Shown piece after piece: positions 1 to 11,200 of a stretch of DNA of 64,000 nt. Numbering within the stretch: position 1 is the first letter of the stretch; the number at the start of each line of letters is the position of its first letter. The stretch is taken from contig OZ241892.1 in assembly GCA_965203485.1 (NCBI GenBank), positions 1,248,001-1,312,000 on the forward strand, written 5' to 3'. The notes under the pieces were generated by a model that saw only the letters and a program-made list of their open reading frames with translations, did not search any database and was not told the origin of the DNA. Source of the stretch: Longimicrobiales bacterium (GTDB lineage: Bacteria > Gemmatimonadota > Gemmatimonadetes > Longimicrobiales > Gaopeijiaceae). The position numbers and the translations under genes were made by a program.

Positions 1-24
1 CCCGGGCTTGTCCGGAGCCATGCT

Positions 25-1590
25 GTGACCCGTCCGCCCCGCGGGCGGCGCCCGCGAACCCGTCCAAGACCGGTCCCGCGCGTGCCCAGGGCGGGGGTCC
101 GTGGAGGGGGCGGAGCAACTCGCGACCACGGCAAGAGAGGGACATTTCTGCTTTGGCCTGCCCCCGGACGTCGCTCGTCTCGTTTGACTGCGGTTGCCGC
201 GGTGGGCGTCCTCGTCGTGTTGCCCGCCTGCGGGACCCGCATTCCGCCGCCGCCGCCCCTGCCGGCAGCTGTGTCGCCGGAAGCGGCCGGTCCGGGCGGA
301 GGCGCGCGAGCCCGCGTGCCGTCGGCGCCGGGCCGCGTGGTTTCCCCGGCGCGTTCCGCCGATGCCATCCTCGGCTCCCCGTGGACGGCCCACGAAGACG
401 CCGAGCTCTACGTCGCCCGCTGGCTCGATGTCTGGCGAAACCGCGCGCGCGGGCCGTTCGAGCGCTCGCTCGTGCGCATGGGGCGCTACGAGGACTTCGT
501 CGAAGACGAGATCGCCAAGCGCGGCCTGCCGCCGTCGCTCAAGTACCTGCCCGTGATCGAAGGGGGCTACTACCCCAAGGCGGTGTCGCCGGCCGGAGCC
601 GGAGGGATATGGCAGTTCATGCCCGAAACTGCTCGCTGGCTGGGCCTTGCGGTGACTCCGCTCGTGGACGAGCGCTTCGATCCCTTCCGGGCGACTCCCG
701 TGGCATTGGAGTATTTGGAGCAGCTGCACGATCAGTTTCATTCCTGGTTTCTTGCGCTCGCGGCCTACAACTCCGGTCCTGGACGCGTCGAGCGCATCCT
801 GCGCGAGCACGCCGAGAACGCGCCTCGCGGCGACGGCCTGTTTTGGCGCATCCGCGAGCGCCTTCCCGCCGAGACGCGCGACTTCATCCCGAAGTTCCTC
901 GCGGCCGCGCGCGTCGCCGCCGACCCGGCATTCCACGGGTTTGCTTCGGCGCCCAAGGACGCGCCGCTGGCCCTGGACACGGCAACGATTCTGGGCGCGG
1001 CCTCGGTCGACGTCGTGGCGCGCGCCGCCGGCGTCTCCGAGGACACTGTCAGGTTCCTGAATCCGCAGTTGCTTCGCGGCCTGACTCCGGCGGAGGGGAC
1101 CACCGTCGTGCGCCTCCCAAGGGGCGCGGGCGGCGCGTTCGCGCAGCGCTTTGCGGCGATCCCTCCTGGCGAGCGCGTCACGTTCTACGAGCATTCGGTC
1201 GCGGCGGGCGAGACGCTGTGGGACATCTCGCGCCGCTACGACGTGGCGGTCGAAGTGATTCAAGCTGCGAATCCGTCGGTCGAGGCCCGCAGGATGCGGA
1301 TCGGAACCGTGCTGGTCGTCCCGAGGGGCCGCGCGTTCGGTGCGGCTTCCGCGAGCGAGGCGCGCCCTCCTGGCGACAAGGGCGCGCGCGCGTCCGGCTC
1401 CGCCGCCGGAATGCCGGAAGAGACGGAGGTCGGCGGCGAGCGCGTGCACATTGTGGAGTCCGGGGAGAGCCTCTGGCTGATCGCGCGGCTTTACGGCGTG
1501 AAGGTGCAGCGGTTGCGGAGCTACAACGGGCTGGAGAGCGACCTCATCCAGGCCGGGACCCGGTTGCGGATACCCCCCTCCGGCGGATAG
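25..1590 (+). CDS. mltD: Membrane-bound lytic murein transglycosylase D-like lipoprotein (SLT domain + LysM domains)
   Basis: SLT motifs LPVIEGGY, SPAGAGGIWQFMPETA, ALAAYNSGPGRV; two LysM repeats (HSVAAGETLWDISRRY, HIVESGESLWLIARLYGV); lipobox-like VLPAC (Cys codon 229-231). True start probably downstream of 25. Confidence 0.85.
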   Translation: MTRPPRGRRPRTRPRPVPRVPRAGVRGGGGATRDHGKRGTFLLWPAPGRRSSRLTAVAAVGVLVVLPACGTRIPPPPPLPAAVSPEAAGPGGGARARVPSAPGRVVSPARSADAILGSPWTAHEDAELYVARWLDVWRNRARGPFERSLVRMGRYEDFVEDEIAKRGLPPSLKYLPVIEGGYYPKAVSPAGAGGIWQFMPETARWLGLAVTPLVDERFDPFRATPVALEYLEQLHDQFHSWFLALAAYNSGPGRVERILREHAENAPRGDGLFWRIRERLPAETRDFIPKFLAAARVAADPAFHGFASAPKDAPLALDTATILGAASVDVVARAAGVSEDTVRFLNPQLLRGLTPAEGTTVVRLPRGAGGAFAQRFAAIPPGERVTFYEHSVAAGETLWDISRRYDVAVEVIQAANPSVEARRMRIGTVLVVPRGRAFGAASASEARPPGDKGARASGSAAGMPEETEVGGERVHIVESGESLWLIARLYGVKVQRLRSYNGLESDLIQAGTRLRIPPSGG

Positions 1591-2080
1591 GCGGCGTGCC
1601 GGAAGGCCGCCCCTCCACCACATGAGTATCCAAGCGCCCCCGGAGGACAGGGCACGACCGGCGCCCGCGGCCATAGGCGCCTGGCCGAAGGGGGCGGGTT
1701 GCGCCGGCGCGGAATACGCCTTTTCGGCGCTGGGGCGGATCGGCAGCCGCGCCAGCTGGCGGCGTCGGCCAGCGTCCGTTTGGGGTGGCGGAGCGGCCCG
1801 GCGATGGTCGTTGGCGCGGCGCCCGGACACCGTGAACCGAGCGAGCGCTCGCAGCACGCTCAAGCAACAACACGCATGCCACGCGCCGGTGCCGAAACCA
1901 GGACGCGCGGCCCTGCGCCTCGCTTACGGCCGACGGCCGGGTTCATCCCGAGCCGACCAGGAACGACGTGCCCCGGTTCTCGATCGCCCCGCATCCCTCC
2001 TCGGCCGGGGACCTCGGGTCCATCCGCACCACCACTTGCGCCGCCAGCGCCGCCAGCACGAATTCCGCCCGTAGCCGTGT

Positions 2081-2113
2081 GTACCTAGTTTGTATTAGGT
2101 TAGAATTAGGTAC
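2081..2113. promoter_or_regulatory. AT-rich imperfect palindrome / candidate promoter-operator upstream of the giant adhesin
   Basis: GTACCTAGTT (2081-2090) and AATTAGGTAC (2104-2113) form a 9/10 inverted repeat; ATTAGGT occurs at 2094 and 2105 (11-bp period); TAGAAT (-10-like) at 2101-2106; strongly AT-rich patch in a GC-rich background. Confidence 0.5.
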
Positions 2114-2181
2114 TTGACCCAATGCCACGTAGCGAGGCCTGCCCCATGGATTCGCATCTTCCTCGTGCCCGCCATATGAAT

Positions 2182-2212
<31 letters not shown>

Positions 2213-5200
2213 TTGATGGTCGGCCAACCGGGGCGTTCGGGGCCCAGTACGCGACAGTCGATAGGCAGAACCGCGCTCGCGGCCATGGGCCTGCTGGCGG
2301 CGTTCGGGACCACGCCGCCGCCGCCGCTGAGCGCCCAGATGGCGCCGGCAGTGGACAGCGTGTACATCGTCAGCACGCCGGTGGCCGCCGCCAGCACGTA
2401 CGGGACGTCGGAGGAGATCCGGGTGACGGTGACGTTCAACGGGAACATCGACATGGCGGGAACGGCTCCGTACCTGAACCTGACGATCGGGGCGAACACT
2501 AGGCAAGCTACTCGGTGCGCGACGCTGGACGACGGGGCGAGCTTCTGCTACACGGTCGTGTCTGCGGACAGCGACACGACCGGCATCAGCATCGGCGCGA
2601 GCGCGCTGGTTCTCCCGTCGGGAGGCACGATCAGGGCGCAGGGCACCACGACGAATGCGAACCTGTCGCTGGGAACCCATGCCATCGTCGACGACGCCGG
2701 CCACAAGGTGAACGGCGCTCTGATCACGCCGAGAGTGAGCAGGGTAGCGTGGCAGAGTTCTCCCGGACCCGATTCGACGTACGTCCTAGGCGATGTCGTA
2801 TCAGTTAGAGTCTATTGGGACCAACAGATAGACTTTCCTACTTATGGGCATGAGATGTCTTTCGCCTTCCAGATCGGAGAGAACTCTCGCCGGGTGAATT
2901 GGTACACTCGTACTGGCGGCCACACAGATGTGGCGTTCCGATACACGATCACGGCGAACGACCTCGATGCGGACGGGATCAGCCTGCTCGAGGATGCGTT
3001 CCGCTTTCATACAAGCACGCCCCCGACTCGCAGGGGAGGCACGGCGCTAGTCGACGTGTCGCTCGGCGCGCACGCCGTCATGAACGCCGCTGGGCACAAG
3101 GTGGACGGTCGCGTTCCGAGCGTCGCGCGCACGTCGATCACGAGCGACGCGGGCACGGACAGCACGTACGCTCGGGGCGACGCGATCGACATCGGGGTTG
3201 TGTTCAGCGAGGTCGTGGACGTGACGGGCACGCCGCAACTGGCGTTGCAGATAGGCAGCGACACTGTCCAGGCGAACTACGTGAGCGGAACGGGCGGCGA
3301 TTCGCTGACCTTCCGCTACGCGGTGTCGTCGGGAGACACGGACGGCAACGGGATAAGCTATGCGGCGGACGCGCTGGCGCTGAACGGCGGCACGATCAAC
3401 AAGGCGGGCCAAGCGGTGACAGCGGCCCTTGGCCTGGGGAGCGCGGTGGCCACGAACGCGGCGGCCCACAAGGTGGACGGTACAACGGGACCGCCGGTGG
3501 TCACGGGCGTGTCGATTGCGAGCGACGCGGGGACGGACAGCGCCTATGCGTCGGGCGACACGATCAAAGCAGTGGTCGTGTTCAACGAGAACGTGACGGT
3601 GACGGGCACGCCGCAACTGGCGCTGACGATCGGTTCGCAGACGCGGCAGGCGAACTACGTCTCGGGGAGTGGGAACGATTCGCTGACGTTCACCTACGTG
3701 GCGGCGACGGGAGACATCGACGACAACGGGCTGAGCATCGGATCGAGCGCGCTGACGCTGAACGGCGGGACGATCAAGCGGGGCACGACGGTGGACGCGG
3801 CGCTGTCGTTGCTTGGCAGGGAAGTGACGAACGCGCCCGCCCACAGGGTCGTGGTTGTGACGGGCTTCGCGCACGTCACGGGCACGTCGATCACGAGCGA
3901 TCCGGGGACGGACAGCATCTACACGTTGGGCGACACGATCGAGGTATTGGTCGTGTTCAACGAGAACGTGGACGTGACGGGCACGCCGCAGCTGGTGTTG
4001 GAGATCGGCGCGGCGACGCGGCAGGCGAACTACGTGTCGGGTACGGGCAACGACTCGCTGACGTTCCGGTACGTCACGGTAGCGGCAGACACCGACACGA
4101 CCGGGATCAGCTACTCGCGGAACGCGCTGACGCTTAACGGGGGAACGATCAAGCGGGCCGGGGCGACGGCGGACGCGTACCTTGGCTTGCGGACCCACGT
4201 GGTCACCGACGCCGCGGCGCACAAGGTGCTTGCCACCACCAACAAGGTGACGGGCTTGTCGGTCAACTCGGCGGGTCCGGACTCGACGTTCGTCAGAGGC
4301 GACACGATGAGGGTGACGCTGTCTTTCGGGGAGACGACCGTCGTGACGGGCACACCGCGGATAAGGATGTGGCTGGGCGCCACGTCCAGGTGGGCGACCT
4401 ACCACTCGGGGTCGGGCACGAGCGAGTTGGAGTTCCGCTACGTGGTGGAGGTGGCGATCAACGACGGAACCGGTGTTGGGATACTCGCCGATGCCGTCGA
4501 CCTGAACGGGGGTACGGTCAAGGACGCCAACCAGGCCGACGTGGGTGTACGGATACCGATGGCGTTGACGATAGTGGATGATCCCAGATGGAAGGTGGCG
4601 GGTTCGACGCGCATAACGAGCGCTTCGGTTGGGCGGCCGCCGACGGGCGACACGTTTGAGCGGGGCGACACGATCGTGGTGACGATGATCTACTCCGACT
4701 CGGTGGACGTGACGGGCGTTCCGACGGCGTGGCTGAAGCTCACGTCGGCTTCGCACAGGCCGGCGCTGTACGCGTCGGGCACGGGCACGGACACTCTGAA
4801 GTTCCGCTACGTGGTGGAGGCGGGGGACCACGACAACGACGGCCTGAGCCTCTACGGCAACGCGATTCAGTTGACGGGGGGCTCGACGATCAGAGAGGCG
4901 GGCACCACCACGAGCGCGTTCCACGACACGCCTTGGCCCTATGGGGGCCAGGACGCGATCGCGAACAGCGCGGGCCACAAGGTGGCGGGCGCTGCGCGGG
5001 TGGCGAGCGTTTCGGTGGGGTCGCCGCCGGTGGGCGACACCTTCGAGCGAGGCGACACGATCAAGGTGACGCTGGTCTACACCGACTCGGTGGACGTGGC
5101 GGGCGTTCCGACGGTGTGGGTGACGATCGGGACGAATCCGTGGGCGGGGGCGACGTACGCGTCGGGCAGCGGGACGGACTCGTTGGAGTTCCACTACGTG

Positions 5201-8200
5201 GTGCAGGCGGCGGACGCAGACGCCGACGGGATCAGCATGGTGGGCAACGCATTGCAGTTGACGGGGGGCTCGACGATCACGGAGGCGGGCACGAGCACGA
5301 ACACGTTTACCGATGTGCCATGGTCTGGCCCGGGTTCAGGCGGGAACGCGATCACGAACAGCGCAGGCCACAAGGTTGCGGGCGGGACGTTCACGGCGGC
5401 GTTGGTGAGCGGCGTGGCGATCACGAGCGAGCCGTCGAGCGACAGCACGTACGGTCGGACGGAGCGGATCGAGGCCGAGGTGACGTTCAACCGCAAGGTG
5501 ACGGTGACGGGCACGCCGCAGCTGGCGCTGGAGATCGGCAACGATACGGTCCAGGCGAACTACGCGAGCGGGACGACGACGAAGACGCTGACGTTCGGCT
5601 ACACGGTGGCTGCTGCGGACGCGGATTCGACGGGGATCAGCATCGGAGCGAGCGCGCTGACGCTGAACAGCGGGGCGATCAACGACGCGCGCGACAACAC
5701 GATGGCGGCGAGCTTGGGTCTGGGCACGAACGCGATCGCGAACGCTCGTTCGCACAAGGTGAACGGCAACCTGGGTCCGCCGGGTGTGACGGAGCTGACG
5801 ATCAGCTCTCCGACGGTGGGCGACACCTTCGAGCGCGGCGAGACGATCGAGGTGTCGCTGGTGTTCAACCGCGCGGTGGCGGTGACGGGGACGCCGCAAC
5901 TGGCGCTGGGGATCGGTGCGGCGACGAAGCAGGCGAGCTACGCATCGGGGACGGGCACGACATCGTTGGTGTTTCGGTACTTGGTTGTGGCTGCGGACGC
6001 GGACGCGGACGGGTTGAGCATCGGAGCGAGCGCTTTGGCGCTGAACGGCGGGACGATCCGGCTGGCTGGCGGCGTCCTGGACGCGACGTTGGGTCTGGCC
6101 GCGAGCGCGGTGACGAACAGCGCGGGCCACAAGGTTGAGGGGGGCACGTTCACGACGCCGGTGGTGAGCGCGGTGACGATCTCGAGCACGCCAGCGAGCG
6201 CGAGCACGTATCAGCTGGGCGAGTCTATCGAGGTGAAGGTGGCGTTCAGCCGTCCGGTGGCGGTGACGGGATCGCCGGAGCTGGCTCTGGGAGTCGGGAC
6301 AGCGACGCGCCAGGCGGACTACGATTCGGGTTCGAGCAGTGCGGACACGCTGGTGTTCGGGTACGCGGTCCGGCCGGCGGACGCGGACGCGGACGGGCTC
6401 AGCATCGCGGCGGGCGCGCTGGCGTTGAACGGCGGGACGATCGCGGACGCGCGTCCGGGCGCGACGGCTGCGAGCCTGGATTTGGGGTCGAACGCGATAA
6501 CGAACGCTGCGGCGCACAAGGTGAACGGCGGGTTGGGCCCGCCTGGGGTGACGGGGTTGGCGGTGGCGTCGCCGCCTGCGGGCGCGGTGTTCGAGCGCGG
6601 CGACACGATTGTTGCGACGGTGCGGTTCAACAAGGCGGTGGACGTGACGGGCACGCCGCAGCTGGCGCTGGGGATCGGTGCGCAGACGCGGCAGGCGGCG
6701 TATGCGAGCGGGACGGGCACGGCGGCGCTGGTGTTCCGGTACGTGGTGGCGACGGCGGACGTGGACGCGGACGGGTTGAGCGTTGGCGCGAGCGCACTGG
6801 CTCTGAACAGCGGCACGATCGACGTGTCGGGCGGGACGACGGACGCGTTGCTGAGCTTGGAGCGCCATGCGTTCGAGAACTTCCTGGTGGTGAACGGCGG
6901 GCTGTTCACGGCGTCGTCGGTGAGCGGGGTGTCGATATCGAGCAGTCCAGCGAGCGACAGCACGTACGGTCGCACGGAGCGGATCGAGGTCGAGGTGACG
7001 TTCGCCCGCGCGGTGACGGTGACGGGCACGCCGCAGCTGGCGTTGACGATCGGCGACTCGACGCGCCAGGCGAGCTACGCGAGCGGGAGCGGCACGAAGA
7101 CGCTGGCGTTCGGCTACGTGGTGGCGGCGAGCGACTCCGACGCGAACGGGTTGAGCGTCGGGCCGGCCGCGCTGGCGTTGAACGGCGGTGCGATCGACGA
7201 CGCGCGCGACGCGAGCGAGGCTGCGGGCCTGGGCCTGGGGAGCCATGCGATATCGAACGCTTTGGCGCACAAGGTGAACGGGAGCCTGGGCCCGCCCGGC
7301 GTGACGGGCGTGACGCTCGGGTCGCCGCCGGTGGGCGCGACGTTCGAGCGGGGCGACACGATCGTGGCGGCGCTGGCGTTCAACCGGGCGGTGGCGGTGA
7401 CGGGCGCGCCGCAGCTGGCGCTGGGGATCGGGAGCGCGACGAAGCAGGCGGTCTACGCGAGCGGGAGCGGCACGTCGTCGCTCGAGTTCCGGTACGTGGT
7501 GGTGACGGCGGACGTGGACGCCGACGGGTTGAGCGTCGCGACGACGGCGCTGGGATTGAACGGCGGTACGGTTCGGCTGGCGGGCGGGACGCTGGACGCG
7601 ACGCTGGGGTTGGGCACGCACGCGATATCGAACAGCGCGGGCCACAAGGTTGCGGGCGGGACGTTCACGGCGTCGGGCGTGACGGGGGTGGCGGTCGCGA
7701 GCAGTCCTGCGAGCGGCGCGACGTACGGGTTGGGCGAGCGGATCGAGGTTCGGGTGACGTTTGCGCGCGCTGTGGCGGTGACGGGCACGCCGCAGCTGGC
7801 GCTGGGGATCGGCGCTGCGACGCGACAGGCGGACTACGCGGGCGGCACGGGCACGCCGCAGCTGTCGTTCGGCTACGTGGTCGTTGCGGGCGACGCCGAC
7901 TCCGACGGGCTCAGCATCGGCGCGAGCGCTTTGGCGCTGAACGGCGGCGGGATCGCGGACGGTCGCGACGGTTCGACGGCGGCGGCGCTGGGCCTGGGGT
8001 CGAGCGCGGTCGCGGACGCTGCGGGCCACCGCGTGGACGCGACGCGCGGCCCGCCCGGGGTGATGGGCGTGACGATCGGGTCGCCGCAGGTGGGCGACAC
8101 GTTCGAGCGGGGCGACACGGTCGAGGTCGAGGTCGAGTTCAACAAGCCGGTGGCGGTGACGGGCGCGCCGCAGCTGGCGCTGGGCATCGGCGCTGCGACG

Positions 8201-11200
8201 AAGCAGGCGGGCTACGCGGGCGGCAGCGGGACGGCTACGCTGGCGTTCCGGTACGTGGTCGTGTCCGCCGACGCGGACGCCGACGGGCTCAGCGTCGCGG
8301 CGGGCGCGTTGGCGCTGAACGGCGGCACGATCAAGGTGTCGGGCGGCACGGCGGACGCTTTGCTGGGCCTGGGCGCGCACGCGGTGGCGAACAGCGGGGG
8401 CCACAAGGTTGCGGGCGGGACGTTCACGGCGTCGTCGCCGAGCGCGGCGTCGGTGACGAGCGCGCCGGCGAGCGGCGACACGTACGGGTTGGGCGAGCGC
8501 ATCGAGGTACGGGTGACGTTCGCGCGCCCGGTCGTCGTGACGGGCGCGCCGCAGCTGGCGCTGGGCATCGGGAGCGCGACGAAGCAGGCGGGTTACGCTG
8601 GCGGGAGCGGGACGCGCGCGCTGGTGTTCGGCTACGTGGTCGCGTCCGCGGACGCGGACGCCGACGGGATCAGCGTGGGCGCGAGCGCGCTGTCGTTGAA
8701 CGGCGGCGCGATAGCCGACGCGCGCGACGGGGCGACGGCGGCCGGGCTGGGCCTGGGCTCGAGCGCGATCGCGAACGCTGGCGCGCACAAGGTGGACGGC
8801 AGCGTCGAGGGCGCGCCGGCGGTTGCGGGCGCTCGGCTGGCGAGCGCGCCGTCGAGCGGCGGGTCGTACGGACTGGGCGAGGAGATACGGGTGGCGGTGC
8901 GCTTCGACCGCGCGGTGGCGGTGACGGGCACGCCCGAGCTGGCGCTGGGCATCGGCGCTGCGACGCGGCAGGCGGGCTACGCGAGCGGGAGCGGCACGTC
9001 CGAGCTCGAGTTCGCGTACGTGGTTCAGGCGGCGGACGCCGACAGGGACGGGATCAGCGTTGGCGCGGGCGCGTTGTCGCTGAGCGGCGGGACGCTGGTG
9101 GTCGCGGGCGGCACGGCGGCGGCGGTTCTGTCGCTGGGCAGCCACGCGATAGTGAACGCGAGCGGCCACGCCGTCGCCGGCACGCTCGAGGCGGCGCCGG
9201 TCGTGACGGGCGCGCGGCTGGTCTCGTCGCCTGCGAACGGGAGCGCGTACGGGTTGAGCGAGCGGATCGCCGTCGCGCTGGCGTTCAGCCGTCCGGTGGA
9301 CGTTGCGGGCGCGCCGCAGCTGGCGCTGGGCATCGGGAGCGCGACGCGGCAGGCGGGCTACGCGAGCGGGAGCGGCACGGCCGAGCTGGTGTTCGGCTAC
9401 GTCGTCGCGGGCGGCGACGCCGACGCCGACGGCGTGAGCGTCGCGGCGGGCGCGCTGGCCTTGAACGGCGGGACGATCGTGATCGCGGGCGGGCGCGTGG
9501 CGGCCGTGCTGTCGCTGGGCACGCACGCGTTGTCGAACGTCGCGGGCCACCTGGTGGACGGGAGCGCCGAGACGGCGCCTGCCGTGGCGGGCGTGGCGCT
9601 GGCGAGCGCGCCGATCGGCGGCGGCCGCTACGAGCTGGGCGAGGAGATCCGCGTGCACGTGCGCTTCGACCGCGCCGTCGCCGTTACGGGCGCGCCGACG
9701 CTGGCGCTGACGATCGGCGCGCAGACGCGCACGGCGCGCTTCGTGCGCGTGGTCGGCTACGCCGCCGCCGCGCGCGCGGGCTGGGCCGGCGGCGCGGCGG
9801 GCTATGCAGGCGCGGGCTGGGCCGGCGGTGGCGGTGCCGCGGGCTCCGGCGCTGGGGCGGGCGCGTTGGGCGCGACGCAGGGCGCGGCGCTCGAGTTCGC
9901 GTACGCCGTTCAGGCGGCGGACGCCGACGCGGACGGGATCAGCGTGGGCGCGGGCGCGCTGTCGCTGAACGGCGGCGCGATCACGCTGCTGGGCGGCACC
10001 GCGGCGGCTGGACTGTCGCTGGGCGGCCACGCGATCGCGAACGTCGGCGGCCACAATGTGGACGGCAGCGTCGTGTCGCCGCCTGCGGTCGCGGGCGTCG
10101 AGGCGAGCCGTCCGCAGTCGGGCGGCCGCTGGCGCGCCGGCCAGACGATCGAGATCGCCGTCGTGTTCGACCGGCCGGTGAGCGCGACGGGCAGCCCGCG
10201 TCTGGCGCTGGCGATGGGCACGCGCACGGTGCACGCCGCGCTGGCGTCGGCGAGCGGGCGGCGCGTCGAGTTCGCGTACGAGGTGCGTCCTCACGACCGC
10301 GCGCCGAACGGGATCGCGCTGGCCGCCGACGCGCTGGACGCGAGCGGCGCGGCGATCGTGTCGGCCGCCGACGGTTCGACGCCGGCCGTGCTGTCGCTGG
10401 GCAGCCATGCGTTCGCGAGCGATCCGACGCGCAGGGTCGAGGGCGGCGGCGGCGAGCCGGAGCCGGGGCGGCCGCCGAAGTTCGGGGCCGAGTCGTACGC
10501 GTTCGAGCTGGCCGAGAACGTCGCGGGCGCCGTCGTCGTGGGCGCCGTGAGCGCCGTGGACCCGGACGAGGGCGACGAGGTGTACTACCGGCTGCGCGAG
10601 GGCGGCGGCCTGTTCGAGGTGGGCGAGACGAGCGGCGAGGTCAGCTACGTCGGCGCGGGCGAAGACTACGAAGCCGGCCCGCGCGAGCACGCGCTCGTCG
10701 TGTCGGCCGCCGACGTCGGCGGCCTCGCGTCGACCGTCCGCGTGACGGTGAAGGTGACGAACGCGAACGAGGCGCCCGCGTTCGAGCGGGCGAGCTGGAC
10801 GTTCGAGCTGGCCGAGAACGCGGCCGGGCCCATAGTGCTGGGCACGGTCAGCGCGACCGACCCGGACGAGGGCGAGGCGCTGTCGTACAGCCTCGTCTCG
10901 GGCGGCGGCGGCCTGTTCGAGCTGGACGCTGCGAGCGGCGCCGTGCGCTACGTCGGCGCCGGCGAAGACTACGAGGCCGGCCCGCGCGAGCACGCGCTGG
11001 CCGTCGCCGTCGCCGACGCGGGCGGGCTGCGAGCGGCGGCCGGCGTCGTGATAGCCGTCGCCGACGCCGACGAGGCGCCCGTGTTCGAGCGGGCGAGCTG
11101 GACGTTCGAGCTGGCCGAGAACGCGGCCGGGCCCATAGTGCTGGGCACGGTGTCGGCGACCGACCCGGACGAGGGCGAGGCGCTGTCGTACAGCCTGGTC

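Noticed and set aside
1622..2088. Short ORFs between mltD and the adhesin
   Set aside because: No recognisable motifs and an Arg/Pro/Ala-rich composition; probably non-coding.
2342..10440. Possible diversity-generating retroelement target or CRISPR array in the adhesin repeats
   Set aside because: The repeats are coding domains; no reverse transcriptase, no template/variable pair differing only at adenines, and no cas genes seen.
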